A DNA stretch of 64,000 nucleotides, taken from NCBI GenBank assembly GCA_965112735.1, contig OZ218965.1, positions 1,364,001-1,428,000 of the forward strand, in the 5' to 3' direction. Made by a program: the position numbers and the translations under genes. Origin of the DNA: Phaeosaccion multiseriatum. Its lineage: Eukaryota; Protista; Ochrophyta, other classes. Shown piece after piece: positions 1-14,600 of the stretch. The notes under the pieces are model-generated. The model was not told the origin of the DNA. It ran no database searches and saw only the letters and a program-made list of their open reading frames with translations. Each line of letters starts with the position of its first letter. Position 1 is the stretch's first letter.

Positions 1-136
1 ACCCACACACGTGTTGGGGCATGGGTGCATCGGGGGGCCAAGGTGTCAGGACAGAAGAGAAGGACAGAAAGTACAAGTACGTTCATGCATATACATGTTT
101 GGGGGTCGGACAGGGGACCCAAAGGGCTCCACATGC

Positions 137-3100
137 TCACCTCGGAAAAGCCCGCTTGAGGAGCCTCGCCCTCCCCCACTGCTGCGCGAGGAGCAAGGCG
201 TGCCGTACCACCAACCGCTGATGCCGAGCCATTTGTGAGTGGCTGTGAATTGCGCGGAGGCTCTTGAGCAGCTTCCAGCGAGGGAGCACCTTCGTGTGTG
301 GATGTGGGTGGAGGAGTAGGAGGAGGAGGAGGAGGAGGAGGAGGAGGAGGAGGAGGAGGAGGAGGAGGAGGAGGAGGAGGAGAAGGAGGAGGAGGAGGAG
401 GGGAGGAGGACTTAATTGTCGCCTCCAACAACCAACCTCCACTTTAAAAATCGCCACCACCAACCAACCTCGACATTTAGAATCGCCCCATCGAGCTCTT
501 AACTCGAGTGCGGTATGCTTCCTTGCCCCGCGTCTGCAGCACTCCGCCCATCGCCTCCAGCAACGACAGGTAGCATGTCGCCTTTGGAGAGAGAGAGAGA
601 GATAGAGAGGGAGGGAGGGGGAGGGAGAGAGACAGAGGGAGAGTGAGAGGGAGAGAGGGAGAGAGGGAGAGAGAGCGTGAGGAAGAGGGAGGGAGGGACG
701 GAGGGAGGGAAGGAGGGAAAGAGAGCGTGAGAGTGAGAGAGAGGAAGAGAGAGAAGGAGGGAGAGAAAGTGAGAGAGACAGAATGAGGGAGAGAGGGGGG
801 GGGGGGGGGAGGGAGGAAGGGGGAGAGAGAGAGTGAGAGGGAGAGAGAGGGAGGGACGGAGGCAGGGAAGGAGGGAAAGAGAGAGTGAGAGTGCGAGAGC
901 TTAAGAGAGAGAAGGAGGGAGAGATAGTGAGAGAGATAGAAAGAGGGAGAGAGGGGGGGGGGGAGGGAGGAAGGGGGGGAGAGAGAGAGTGAGAGGGGGA
1001 GAGAGAGGAAGGCAGAAGGAGAGAATGGGGGGGGGGGGGGGTTGAGAGAGTAAGAACATCAGACCCGACCCGAGAAGGGCCAGGGCCAGACCAGAGGGAG
1101 AAGGAACAAAGCACGAGTGGTGAGATGTGTGATGTGCAGCAGAACAACCGCAACACAACCGCACAACAGCAGCAAAAGAAGGAGGAGTGAGGAAGGGAGA
1201 TTTGTTACCATCACCTTCATCCGTCCGAAACCGATTCTTCTCGGCTCTGGGCCGGGCATGAAGCAAGCAGGAAGAAGGGCTCCATCTGTTTACTTACACC
1301 CCTAGACTGCCATCCATCTACACCTATCGATTGCCATCCTCCACCGTAACCTCCCATCATCCTCTCTGATGAGACTTGCCTGAAGTGTGCGTCCGCTTTT
1401 CGCCTGAGGGCCTGCCCTCTCCGCTCTTGTGCAAGCCGTCGCCAGGCTGTGACAAAGGCGCTAAGCATGCGGAACGACAGCGCGTGCACAGAGCAAGACG
1501 ACAGAGTAGACACAGCTTCTGAAACGCCATAGCCACCACAGCCAGAGCCGTCGGATTCGGAGGGGTGGGTGCCACCTGGTGAGGTGGGTGATGATGATAC
1601 AGCGGTTGGTGATACAGCGTCGGCGGTCCCACACCACAGCGAGCGCGCCACGGAGGGAGAGGGGGAGAAGGAGGAAGAGGCGAGCGACACAGAGGAAGAG
1701 AGGGAGGGGGAGGGGGAGGGGGAGGGGGAGGGGGAGGGGGAGGGAGGGGCGAGGAGAAGGAGCAGCCATGGCCTCTGCTGAAGAAGCGCCGCTTGCCGAT
1801 GGGTAGCCTGGGTGAAGACCGCCTGTGGGGTATGGGGTATGGGTGTATGGAGATTGAGGTAAAGGGTATGGGGTATGGGGTATGGGGTATAGTGTATGGG
1901 GGGGGGGGGTTGGGTCCCAGAAACGCCATGGTAAGTAAGATTACTTAAGGGTACGTGGATGTACCATACGCTGCCATCTGCCCCCCATCCCGCCGCTCCA
2001 TCCCAACGCCCCCCCCCCCATCCACTGCCATCTTGTTACTACGATACCTTCAGGAGACGGCGTTTCCTCCTCCTCTCGCGCCATGCGTGCATGACCTGTG
2101 GACCATACATTCACACACGCACACACACATACATACATACATACACACACGGACATGTACACACGCACACGCACACGGACACACCCATACGTGTACACAC
2201 ACACACACACATCACAAGAGAGTCAAGACAGCAGCAGGCATGAGTGTGCAGGGCATCGGGAAGGGGGTGGAAAGGGGTTAAGGAGTTGCACATCTGGTCG
2301 CTGCCAGTGGTGAGTGGTGGCGTTTTAAAGAAAGGGACGCGCTTTGACGGAGTACGATCAAAACAAGACACACAACAGAGCACCTAAGAAAGTCGACAAT
2401 CGAAAGAATGTCGACCCGCTCTACTGGTACTCGCCATGTGTAGAGTGGATATACTTCGTTCACGAGCCCTTCGTCTGACGTCCCTCGCAGCCTCCGCCAA
2501 GCACCTCCCACGGTGCTGCTTCCTTGTCCAGCGGCGGAAACCTTTGGCTCGTAGCAGTCCTTCCCGCAGCACGATGCCCCTCTTCATCCACACGCAGCAG
2601 CAGCGACATTTGGGGGAGGAGGAGGAGGAGGAGGAGGAGGAGGAGGAGGAGGAGGAGGAGGAGGAGGAGGAGGAGGAGGAGGAGGAGGAGGAGGAGGAGG
2701 AGGAGGAGGAATGGAAAGATGAGATTTAGTGGTGATGCCGTCGAAGTATCTGACATTTCGACTTGTGTCTGACATTTCGACTTGTGTCTGACATTTCGAC
2801 TTGTGTCTGACATTTCGACTTGTGTCTGACATTTCGACTTGTGTCTGACATTTCGACTTGGCGGATGTTGTGAGGGCACTTGAGACGCCTCCGCCCTTGG
2901 GAGACTCCTCTGAGTGAACGGGGGAGTATGCTTACGTATGCTTATGAATGTATGTGTGTGTATGTGTGTGCGTGCATGTGTGTTTGTGTGTGTGTGCATG
3001 TGTGTGTGTGTGCATGCGTGTATGTGTGTGTGAGCACGTGTGTGTGCATGCGTGTATGCGTATGTGTGTGTGCGTGCGTGTGTATTCGTGTTTGAGTGTG

Positions 3101-4671
3101 TGTGTGTGTTTGAGTGTGTGTGTGTATTTGTGTTTGAGTGTGTGTGTGAATTTGTGTTTGAGTGTGTGTGCGTGTGTCTTTGTGTTTGAGTGTGTTTGTG
3201 TGTGTGTGCGTTTGTATTTGTGTTTGAGTGTGTGTGTGTGTGTGCGTGCGTGTGTTTTTGTGTTTGTGTGTGTGTGCGTGTGTATTTGTGTTTGAGTGTG
3301 TGTGCGTGTGTATTTGTGTTTGAGTGTGTTTGTGTGTGTGTGCGTGTGTATTTGTGTTTGAGTGTGTGTGCGTGTGTATTTGTGTTTGAGTGTGTGTGTG
3401 TGTGTGTGTATTTGTGTTTGAGTGTGTGTGTGTACGTGTGCGTGCCCCTTCCCCCTATTTCATCCCAAGTAAGTCCCTCCCTCCCTCCCTCCCTCTCCTG
3501 CTGCTGTGCCAACTACCCCTTAGAGCCTGGGGTCGCGACTCACTCACCTCCCGCGGCTCAGTGAGGGCAGCGCGTGTCCACTGACTTATGCAGTCCCGCA
3601 GGCCACGTGTGCGCCTTTGCTCTGCGAAACCGTCGCACAACACACGAGCTCTGCGCCTCCTTGCTGCGAGGGCCTGAGGAGGGACGGGAGGGGAGGGAGG
3701 GAGGGATGGATGGAGGGAGGGAGGGAGGGAGGGAGGGAGGGAGGGAGGGAAGGGGAGGAAGGAAGGGAGGGAGGGAGGGAGGGAGAGAGGGAGGGAGGGA
3801 GGGAGGGACGGAGGGAGGGCGAGAGGGAGGGAGGGAGGGAGGGAGGGAGGGAGGGAGGGAGGGAGGGAGGGAGGGAGGGAGGGAGGGAGGGAGGGAGGGA
3901 GGGAGGGCGAGAGGGAGGGAGGGAGGGAGGGAGGGAGGAAGGGAGGGAGCGAGCGAGGGAGGGAGGGAGGGAGGGAGGGAGGGAGCGAGCGAGGGAGGGA
4001 GGGAGGGAGGGAGGGAGGGAGGGAGGGAGGGAGGGAGGGAGGGAGGGAGGGAGGGAGGGAGGGAGGGAGGGAGGGAGACAGAGACCGTCATCAGAGAGGC
4101 TCCCCAGCCGCAGGCCTGGTCATTACCTCGGCTCATCCCCGTCCCAGCCCATCCACTGCCATCCCACACTATCCCCTCCTATCTCGCTTTCTCAGCGCAA
4201 AGAAATACAGACAGACAGACACAGAGAAAACTTTCTGACTTGCCTTCCATGCGCGTGAGTGGGCCTGTAGACACCCAAAAGCATGAAGACCCTCTGCGAG
4301 CTCTGCCTTGCTCAGGGCCCCCATCCGCTCGACGGCGTCGAGCGCCACTTCGTCCAGCGGCCCCCCGGGGAGTTCCTGCGGCTGTCCCTCCCTGGGGGCT
4401 TCTCCCCTTCCCCCTCTCCCTCCCCCTTGCCCTGTGACCAGGAAGCCAGAGTGGGTATTTGCCAGGATGCCCAAGAGGGCCACCACAGAAAGCCCCGACA
4501 CATCCCGGAGCGGACACAGGCGTCGCGACCGGAGCCACTCCCTTCTCTGCCGCAGCCCCTCCCGGCGGGTGATCATCCTCTCGTGCAACCATCGGCGCCA
4601 TCGCGTCGTTCTACTGTCCTCCTCCTCCCTCTCCCCCTCCTCTTCCCCCTGCTCTTCTTCTCCTTGCTGCC

Positions 4672-4705
<34 letters not shown>

Positions 4706-6859
4706 TTGTTGTTGTTGTTCCACCTCGCCTCGAGTATCTCGGCGATGTAGTACGTAACCTTTTGTGCCCCTCCCCCCCGGGGATCGTGTGTCCCCCGGGG
4801 AGGAGTGTAAGCCCAGATGGCACCCCATCTCCCGCAGCATTGCCCACATGAGCGGCGCCGAAGAGGGTGGGGGGGAGGGGAAAGGTGGCTGTCGAGACAG
4901 AGCACTCGCCCCCCCCTCCTCCTCCCCTTCCTCCCGCTTCACTTGGACACCCTCCTTCTGCTGCTGATCAGCTTCAGCATCAGCCCCTTTGCTGCTACTG
5001 CTGCTGCCCCTGCTGCTATTGCTGCTGCTGCTGCTACTACTGAGTCCAAGCTTGGCCAGTCTGACAATCGCCTCGGCTTTGGTCCTTTTCGCGTGGAGGA
5101 CCACTGCCCTCCAGCCATGCAGAGCCTGGGGGGAGGGACAGACGTAGGCGACAACGGTCACTAATCCCCCTCGCACGCACATGAATTACATTACAAAAGA
5201 GTGGGAGGAGGAGGAGGAGGAGGAGGAGGAGGAGGAGGAGGAGGAGGAGGAGGAGGAGGAGGAGGAGGAGGAGAGTGGCGGGCGGCGGGGGGGGGAGCAC
5301 AAGAAGCAAAACAAACAAAGCAGTGCCTCCCTCCCTCTCCTCCTCCCTCACCTCCCTCTCCTCCTCCCTCTCCTCCTCCCTCACCTCCCTCCCTCTCCTC
5401 CTCCCTCACCACACCCACCTCACGGCGCATCCGCAGCACCGCATACGCCCTGCCCGCCTCCGTTTGCACCCCCCGACATACTCGGCACTGCCCATATGCC
5501 TGCATAGCCCCGAAGGCCGCTTCCACCCTCCTCCTGTTGAACCCTTCCGCTGCCATCCTCCCCCTCTCCTTCAGTCCCTGGCGGCGAAGCTTGCGCTTGA
5601 AAGTCTTTCTACGCCATTGCGAGAGGAAGGCCAGGGACTGCGTGTGGAAAGATGCCGCCCTGTGTCTGGAGGGCGGGGAGGGGAGGGTTTCCAGAGGGGG
5701 GTGGGAGGGTAGTGGATGTAGGTTGATGGTGGCGTAGACGAGTCTAGACACGTTGGTACGTTCTTGCCCCTCCTCCTCCCCCTCCTCCTCCTCCTCCTCC
5801 TCCTCCTCCTCCTCCTCCTCCTCCTCCTGACCTTCTGGCTCGATGTAGGGCCTCACACACGCGCAGAGGTGGCCTGAGCTCTCTCTTCAATGCCTCCCAC
5901 ACCTCCACCACTGCACAGGCGCGGTGCAGCTTGAGCAGGCCGCTTGCCTATGAATAGGGGCGGGGGGGGGGGGGGGCGGTTGGTTCAGTTTTAGTTTCAG
6001 TTCAATAAGGATGTGCCGTCTCTTGCCTCCGGGAGACATGCAATCACACGCGAAGGAATGTACTTACACACACACACACACGCATGCACGCAGGCACGCA
6101 TGCACGCACCCCGCCCTGGTGGTGTGAAGGTGTCGATGGAGGGATGCCATACACCCGCACACACACACACAGCACACACACACATACTTTCAGTTTCTTA
6201 GGTGACTCCCTTTAAGTCAATAAACATCTCTCCACCCGCACACACCATAGCTCAGCACTGCACGCACCTGATGCGCTCGCTCTTGCCTGGCCCGAACGAA
6301 GTGCTTCCAGGCCGAGAATATGAGTTTGAGGTTGAGCTTGGCGTACAAGTCCTCCACCAGCGACTGTTTGAACGCCGTCCCGTCCCAGTGGCTCACAAGC
6401 CCCTGGTCTACGCATCGCTGTTGGTGTATCACCAACTGCTGCTGTTGCTGCTGTTGCTGCTGCCGCGACAACAACAACGACCGGGCATGGCGGGTGGGGG
6501 GCACGGCAGAGAGAGGCTCGCGGAACTTGGCTCTGATCTTCTCTCTGTCGAAGGCATCCCGGGCGTGAGCCACCTCCGCCTGCCGTCGAGCGGCAACGCC
6601 TGTGGTGCCACGGGTCGTAACATGGGGTTAAGAGGCGAGAAGAGGGAGGAGGGAAGGGTTCTAGGGTTAAGAAGGTAGGGTACTGAGCATCCCTACGCAC
6701 CCCCGTCTGTGACGGAGGACAATAGCAGTAGCAGCAGCAGTGGCATTAGCAGCAGGAGCCGTAATGCTCTATACCTGCGGCATGGCGAGCAGCAATGGTG
6801 TATGCCTGTGTCGTGCTGAACGGGTCCCACGACGGTGGTCCCGCTTGCTGCTGCTGCTG

Positions 6860-6948
<89 letters not shown>

Positions 6949-7327
6949 GCCGCTGTCTGTATATGCGCGAGTGACTGGCAGATGAGTCGGCAATCTTTTG
7001 GTGAATGCGCTTACACACTTTGCGCTGTTGTGTCAGCATTCCCTCCAGCTGCACGATCCTCTTTGCGAAGTGCCAGGCCTGCCGGATATGAGCAGAATCC
7101 CTCTTCCGCTGAGCCAAGGCAAACTGCCGCAGCGCTTCACGCCGAACCTGTCGCGCGGCCACTCCTCCGTCCACTGTTGTATCTGAGTGGGACGCCTCCT
7201 TGACAGAGCCTTGCAGCAGAGGCCGAACGAAGTCATGCCGCCTCCTCTGGCCCTCGGTGCCCTCAGTGGCCGCGATACGGAGCCGGCCAGCTATTGAGAG
7301 GATCTCTGCTGCTGCTGATGGATTCAT
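137..7327 (-). CDS. Large multi-exon protein with Sfi1-like (centrin-binding, Trp-ending) repeats; 3' end continues beyond the left edge of the window
   Basis: ATG at 7327 ([10 protein letters not shown]...). Chained exons give repeated basic helical segments ending in F/L-x-x-W: [76 protein letters not shown]. Several junctions are phase-consistent (6775/6599, 4244/3673). Not every exon boundary was resolved. Confidence 0.5.
2749..2860. repeat. 19-bp minisatellite (tctgacatttcgacttgtg), about 6 copies
   Basis: Near-perfect tandem units read directly from the sequence. Confidence 0.95.
2948..3443. repeat. Intronic (GT)n compound microsatellite with a higher-order unit (gtgtgtatttgtgtttgagt)
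   Basis: Read directly from the sequence. Confidence 0.9.
3685..4077. repeat. Intronic (GGGA)n tetranucleotide microsatellite, about 390 bp
   Basis: Read directly. It is pyrimidine-rich on the transcribed (-) strand, just before an acceptor. Confidence 0.95.
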
Positions 7328-7781
7328 CTCACGAAAATCACTTCATTCCCTTACACACGGCGAGTAATTGGAAGCCCCATCTGGAGGGATCAAAATGAAT
7401 ATCTAGGACCAACTCCAACTGCCACAACACCTCATCCGCAGACATCTGTGATGCATGGCCTTACATGGCACTTCTCTCTTCCCTCTTTTTTCTTTGTAAT
7501 GAAACTTTAAACGTAAGGCCATAAAGAAGCTTGGGTCGGTCGGCTCCTTACAGACTCGTGTGTGAAGACGATATACCAAGCTAAAGCCTTAATTGGAAAA
7601 AAAAGAGGCATGCCTTGATTATGCCATACATTTACTCACGAGCGACTGCGCCTACAGCCTGGCGGTCACAGGTCATAGCCCGCGCTCTACCGCACCCACA
7701 CCCTAACCTACCGACCTGGTACACTTTATGGCGGTTTCAAAAAACACGTGAGCTGCACTGCCATATCCCCCCCGCCACACA

Positions 7782-7813
<32 letters not shown>

Positions 7814-8104
7814 ATACATACGTAAGTCTTAGGGTGATTCCTATACGTCAATAAAATCCACACACACACCTCCTCTCCCCCTCTCCCCACACTCGTGATG
7901 TGAGCAATGTGGACTATCCGTAGTAGTTAGTGGCGGTGCCGCTCGTTCCCCAAGGCTCTTCCCCACGGCACCCAGCGCACCTACGCCTTCCATACCGCAG
8001 TAGAGTAGCAGCAGTAGAGTAGCAGCAGTGCAGCAGTTGGTGATACGGCACCACTTTACGTTGGTGCGGGTGTGGTGAGGGAGTCAGTCCCCACCCGCCG
8101 CTCA

Positions 8105-8223
8105 TCAACGCCGATGCCGCCGGGACGAGCCGCCTCTCCCTCGCCGCCGGACGTTATTCCTTCCCGTGCCACCGTCCCGAGCGCCATCACCCCGTTCTCG
8201 CTGCCCTCTATCTCCGTACCCGG

Positions 8224-8260
<37 letters not shown>

Positions 8261-8389
8261 TTGTTGCGTCGCCCCGTACGGTGGAGCAGTGCGTACGGGA
8301 GGAGGGGCATAGCCTGCGGCTGGGGGAGGCACCGCGGTCGGAGGAAGATACACACCAGCCGGGACGCCTGGCTGCTGCTGCATTGCCAA

Positions 8390-8431
<42 letters not shown>

Positions 8432-8553
8432 GTGGGGCGGTTGGTACTGCCCACTCATTTGGGGAGCCGCACCATACGCCATCTGTTGGGGCTGCTGCTG
8501 CTGCTGGTGGAGCTGCTGTGGATGGAGGAGGTGTTGCTGATGCTGCTGCTGTA

Positions 8554-8589
<36 letters not shown>

Positions 8590-8627
8590 GATGTGGCAGG
8601 TGGTGCTGCGGCGGTTGCAGCAGCTGC

Positions 8628-8662
<35 letters not shown>

Positions 8663-9883
8663 CTGCTGCTGCACCACCTGCTGCGGCTGTACCACCAACT
8701 GCTGCAGAGGGCCGAGTGGTAGGTGCGCAGGCGTGTTGCCCGCCTGTAGAGCCAACCTTGTGAGCGTCACCTCGTCGATCTGCCCGTCCGCAGTCAGACA
8801 CGCAGCCACCAAAGAAGGCTCGCTGCCTGCCCGTGCCCTGAAGGCCGAAGCTGCGGAAGGGTCCAAGCGTCGAAGGGCCTGCAAGGTATTCGAGGCATTT
8901 GAGGGGGTACACGATGGGGTATGTGTACAAGAGTGCGTGGGAGAGTGAGTGAGTGGGTGAGTGAGTGAGTGGGTGAGTGGGTGAGTGAGTGAGAGAGTGG
9001 GTGAGTGAGTGAGTGAGTGGGCGAGTGAGTGAGTGAGTGAGTGAGTGAGTGAGTGAGTGAGTGAGTGGATGAGCGAGTTGACGGGGTGGGTAGGTGCGTG
9101 ACTTGAGTGGGTGAGGGAGAGGGTAGGTAGGTGGGAGCGTGCGTGAGTGAGTTCAGTGCCTCCTCTCGCCTCGCCCCCCCCCCCCGTCACCCTCACCCTC
9201 CCACTCACTGACTTACCGTCTCCATTTGCTCCGCTATGGACCGCGTCTTCTCATGTTCCGCCTTCTCCGCCAAAGCCGCCGCTTCATCCGCCACTTCCTC
9301 CTCCGTTCGCAGCGAAATCTCCTCGGGAGGCCCGGCCCCCACGGAGCGAGGAGAGCGGGGCGGCGGCTCGGACGGATTGTCGGGAATCATCGAAACGTCC
9401 AAGTACACCTCCTGCATACGCCCTCGCACCCGAGCGGCCTGCCTGGCAATCTCCTCACTAACGACGGCTCGTACCACCACGTTTGGCAAGGGTTTCGGAT
9501 TCCGCCATGGTATCTCGGCCTTGACTTCGGCGGCTGATGAGAGTGTGCCAGCTGTGACTCCGCTGCCGTGCGCAGCAGAGTGACTCTTTTGGAACATTTC
9601 GCGTTCACTCTGTCGCTCGTGCCGAACCTGTGGAATGAAACCGTACGTGGAATGAAACCGTACGTGGAATGAAACCGTACGTGGAATGAAAACGTACGTG
9701 GAATGAAACCGTACGTGGAATGAAACCGTACGTGGAATGAAACCGTGCGTGGAATGAAACCGTACGTGGAATGTAACCGTACGCGAAGACGGGAGGTTGT
9801 GCGTGTGAGGGAGAGTGGGCAGCGAGGGAACACAGGGAGAGAGAGAGTATTCGCACAGCAAGAACAACAACAACAACAACAGC

Positions 9884-9918
<35 letters not shown>

Positions 9919-11527
9919 GCGATACGTGATGTACCACGAAGCCCTTCTCCTCTAAAAACTTGCCCCCCGTTCACGCACACACAACACCTTTCACCTCAAC
10001 AGACAAGACGTGTCTGTCTGCTCTCTCTCTCTCTCCCTCTCCTCCACTCTCTCTCTCCCTCCCTCCCTCCCTTGCTCCTCTCCCTCTTCCTCTCTCTCTC
10101 TCTCTCTCCCCTCCCTACCCCCCTTCCCTTCCCTCTCTCGCTCACCTGCTCACTCCACCCCACATGCTCCACATGCTCCAAGGTGCCTTCATCAGACATG
10201 ATTGTTGATACATCCTCCGTATGAAACGTCTTGACACGGCGTAACGACTCGCCGTTGTGGTCGGCCCATCGAATAGACGGCTTTGCCCCACCCTTTCCTG
10301 TGGATCCTCCTGCTCTCGCCCGCTTCTTCCCACGCGCGCCTGAGCTCCCCGCCGCCGCTGCTGCTGCTGTACTACCAACTGCTGCGGTAGCTCCTTCCTG
10401 ACCGGCACTAGTACCTGACGTCATCATGTCTTCATCCTGCTCTGCCCCTCCACCACTGTCCATCGGCACTGCCGTACTGCTCTGCGTCTCCTCCCTGCCC
10501 TCCCCTGATGCTTGTCCTCCTCCTCCTCCTCCTCCTCCGACCGCCAAATCTGCCGCCGAATCAGCATGCCCCATATCCGTATCCATCATTCCATCCCCCA
10601 TACCTCCTCCCCCCTCTTCGTCTGCTGCCACAGCTGCTGTTGCTGCTGCTGCTTCGTCTCCTCCCCCCGCTGCCTCCTCCTCACCTATGCCTGAGGAGGA
10701 TGGACCCCCTGCACCTGTGGCAGCAGCTCGAGTCTCCCCTTCGTCCATCCTCACCGCGCCCCCCCTCCTGTCTGCCGACGCCTCCAGGCTAGCCGCCGAT
10801 GCCGCCTCCGCTCGTTCCTTGGCAAGAAGCTGAGCTTCTCGAGCCTTGACGAGCTGTGCCTCCTTGGCACGCTCCTCCTGAGGTGAGGTGGGGGTAGTTG
10901 TTTGGAGAGGGGATGGCAGCAGACGGAGGAGGAGGAGGGGGGGGGGGGGGCGCATAGGAGCGCATAGGAGAGAGGAAGAACACGAAGAGACGCGATGAGG
11001 TGGGATGGGTCAGTTTTGGAAGGGGCCCTTTTTTCTAGCCCTCTCCCGCTCTCCCTTTCCCTCTGTCTCTCTCCCTCTCTCTTTCTACTTCTCCCTCTCT
11101 CTATTCCACTCTATCCCCCTCCCCGTCTCCTCTATCCCTCTCCCTCTCTCCATTCCCGTCTCTTTCTATCCCTCTCCCCCGTCTCTCTCCATCCCCCTCT
11201 CTCCCCTCTTCTCTCCCTATGCACCCCCCCCTCTGTCCCTCCCTCGCTCTCTATCCCTCTCTCTCTCCTCCCCTCCCCTCTCTCTCATACCCCTCCCCCC
11301 TCTCCCTGCGTCTCACCTCCGCCTTCTTGCGCCCCATCTCCTGCCTCCTCTCCTCCTCCTGCTGCTTGGCGGCGACGTTCTTCTCGTGGCTGAGCACATT
11401 GGCTTGCTCTTTTCTCCGCGCCTTCTCCTTACGGCGAAGGCCGTGAATCTGCGCACAAAACAAGCACACAACAAGATGCGAACCATGACAGATGGAAGAC
11501 AAAGAAGCGAGGTGGCGTGAAAAGAAA

Positions 11528-11621
<94 letters not shown>

Positions 11622-14600
11622 TACACAAAGCGTGATGAATCAGTGGGGCTATCAACGCGTACGTCCGTCAGGAGAGGGCATACAGCAGGTGCTAACAAAA
11701 AAAAAGTAGGCCATCAGACAGATTTGAACTGCTGCCACCCCACCCCACTCCACCTACCCACATCCTCACCTCCACCTCTAGTGCGTCATGCTCGTGCTTT
11801 GTCTTCTCCGCCACGGCCTTCCACAGGTTTCGCACCTTCATAGTGAGAGGCAGGGTCAAGGGGTATGGCCAGGGTTAGTGTCAGGGTCAGGGTCAGGGCC
11901 AGGGTCAGGGGTCAGGGTCAGGGTCAGGGTCAGGGTCAGGGTCAGGGTCAGGTGTCAGAGGTCAGGGTCAGGGTCAGGGTCATGGGACGGGATCCGGAAA
12001 AATAGTCCGTGGTCAGACTCAGGCTCAGGCTCAGAATCAGGGTCTCGGTCCTCCTCCTCCTCCTCCTCCCTCTCCCTCCCTCCCTCTCAGAATCAGGGTC
12101 TCGGTCCTCCTCCTCCTCCTCCTCCCTCTCCCTCCCTCCCTCCCCTCTCTCTGGTATTGCCGCGCTGGATACCTCCTTAACGCCCTTCTTGATGGTGGAG
12201 TCGTCCTCGCAGCCCTTGGCCTTGCGCAGCGCAGACACGGACTTGGCCAAGTCCGATTGCATCAAGGAGGGGTAAGTCACAGGGAGGGCCTGGGCAGAGG
12301 AGGGGGGGTGGGAGGGAGAGAGACAGAGAGTGGGGGGGCGGCGTGAGGGAGGGAGACACGGAGAGGGAGGAGAAAAGGCTCATATGCTTCCATCCAGAAG
12401 GCTCATATGCTTCCATCCAGAAGGCTCATATGCTGCCTCCCACCACTACACACAGATACCCCCAGCCCCAAGCAACCCTGCCTGTCCGTCTACCTGCCTG
12501 CCTCCCTGAATAACCAACTTGCTTACCTTGGCGAGCTCGAGCATCTTCTTGAGCATCACCTTATTGGCAGGCAGAGGCCTCGCAGCCTTGGCGAGGGCGT
12601 CCCTGTCGATGACGATCCAGTGCCGTAGGATCTTGAGGCCACCGACTGAGACGAACTCAGACAGCACCGCGTTCTTACTGCGAGAGCGAAGCAGCACCTC
12701 CAGGCAAAGGGCTCGAGACTCCATCTGATGATGACCATAAGTCATGGGAAAGTGATGATGATAATGACATGGGTAGAGACAAGGCAGAGGAGGAGGAGGA
12801 GGAGGAGAGGAGGAGGAGGAGGAGGAGAGGAGGAGGAGGAGGAGGAGGAGGAGGAGAAGGAGGAGGAGGAGGAGGAGGAGGAGGAGGAGGAGGAGGAGGA
12901 GGAGGAGCAGCAGCGAGAGAGGGGGGGAGGGGGAGGGAAAGCGCATGGAGGGGTCAGCCGCGGATTCGGTTGGGGAGAAGGAAGGCAGTGAAAGGAGGGA
13001 GGAGGGTGAATCCGTTAGGGGAGGGGGAGAACGCTGCGGGCCTCTCTCCGTCGCGCTGCCAGCCTGGTGCTTCCCTCCGCGCAGGGTCGTCGAGAGAATC
13101 AGCCTCCCCCCCGGGGGGTCGTCGGAAATTCAGCACCCTCCTCCCTGGGGTCGTGGAGATGAGATATCACGCTGCGGAGACCCTCCCCTCCATCAGCAAC
13201 CTTCGCCTTGCTTTCTGCTGCAACCGCTCCACACACTGGTCATTGCGAACACCCTTAGATGGCACCATATATAGACCGTCAGTCAACAAGAAGCCATAAA
13301 AGTCAGCCTCCCCCCCGGGGGTCGTCGGAAACTCTGCACCCTCCTCCCTGGGGTGTTGGAGATGATATATCACGATGCGGAGACCCTCCTCTCCATCAGC
13401 AACCTTCGCCTTGCTCTCTGCTGCGACCGCTCCACCCACAGGTCATGGCGAACATAACACCCTTAGATGGCACCATACTGTCTTCAGTCAACAAGAAGTA
13501 CGTATGGCAGTCTACGGCCCCGCATACACCAACAGCCAACACGTGGCGTCTCTTCACTCTCGCCCCCCCGTGTAGACCTTTATAGCAGTTGCGTCTCGTC
13601 CGCTCGGGTCGTAGGTACGCACCCATTCCCCACTGCCACCCACACCCACCCAATTTGAGTACCCCAACTTGTGGTACCCAACTTGGCCCACCTCCACCTT
13701 CCACAGCTGTGCCACAACTGTGGGTGTAGCGCTCGATGAAAGGAGTTCAACTCAGACCGGGCGCATCGGTCGGAGATCGGTCGGAGATCGGTCTGAGTCG
13801 CGTGTGTTTGTATTCGCATACATACGCACGCACGCATCCGCGCACGCTCACGCATCAGCAAGTCGTGTGGATCAAACACTTGTTGGGGGCGACGTTGGGG
13901 GCGACGTCATCATCAAGCTTGTGGATCGGTAAAGGGGAGAAGTGAGGCGGCATTCAAAGCTACCCTATGCCCTGCCAACCACAGCCAAAGCCGCACCAAA
14001 AACCAAAACACCCCCGCAGCACCCCGGCCCCATCGGGCCATCGGGCCATTGGATACATCCATCGATCGACCGAGGCTCAGAAGAGTGTCTCACTAGACTC
14101 AGGCTCAGGCTCAGGCTCAACCTCAACCTCAGGCACAGACTCAGGCGTGCTCTCCGAACAACCTTGTCAACATCAATCAAGAGGAGGGCATTGAAAGCCG
14201 CTCAGATTTCAGATGCACGCATGCTGTGCCTTCAAAACCTTGATTGATTATCTTGGTCTCGCCGTCGTTTGCGTGTACACCAACCCACCCACCCACCCAC
14301 CCACCTACCCACCAACCCCCGCCACGCCCTGCCACGCCACCAGCGAAGGCGAAGGGGTGGCAGTAGACGCGTAGGTACTCCCGCATGGGGGTAGTACATG
14401 GTGTCAAGTGCATGTGCTTGTGTGTTTGTGCGGGTGTGTGGGTGCGTGTGTGATTCACGCCGAGGCAGAGCCGCAGCCTCTGCTGGAGACAGCTTGCTTG
14501 CCCTCCTGTTCTACATCTGCCCACTCAGCTCATGTTCGGGCTTGGGGCTACCCCGGTGGGCCACAAGGACACCCGCCCGGCAACCAGTAAGCCAATGAGC

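Noticed and set aside
9630-9782. Regular short repeats (also 2749-2860) as a CRISPR array
   Set aside because: Units are directly adjacent with no unique spacers, there are no cas genes, and the context is eukaryotic.
11880-11981. (TCAGGG)n as a chromosome end or fusion scar
   Set aside because: It is short, degenerate, intronic, in one orientation only, and flanked by intact exons.
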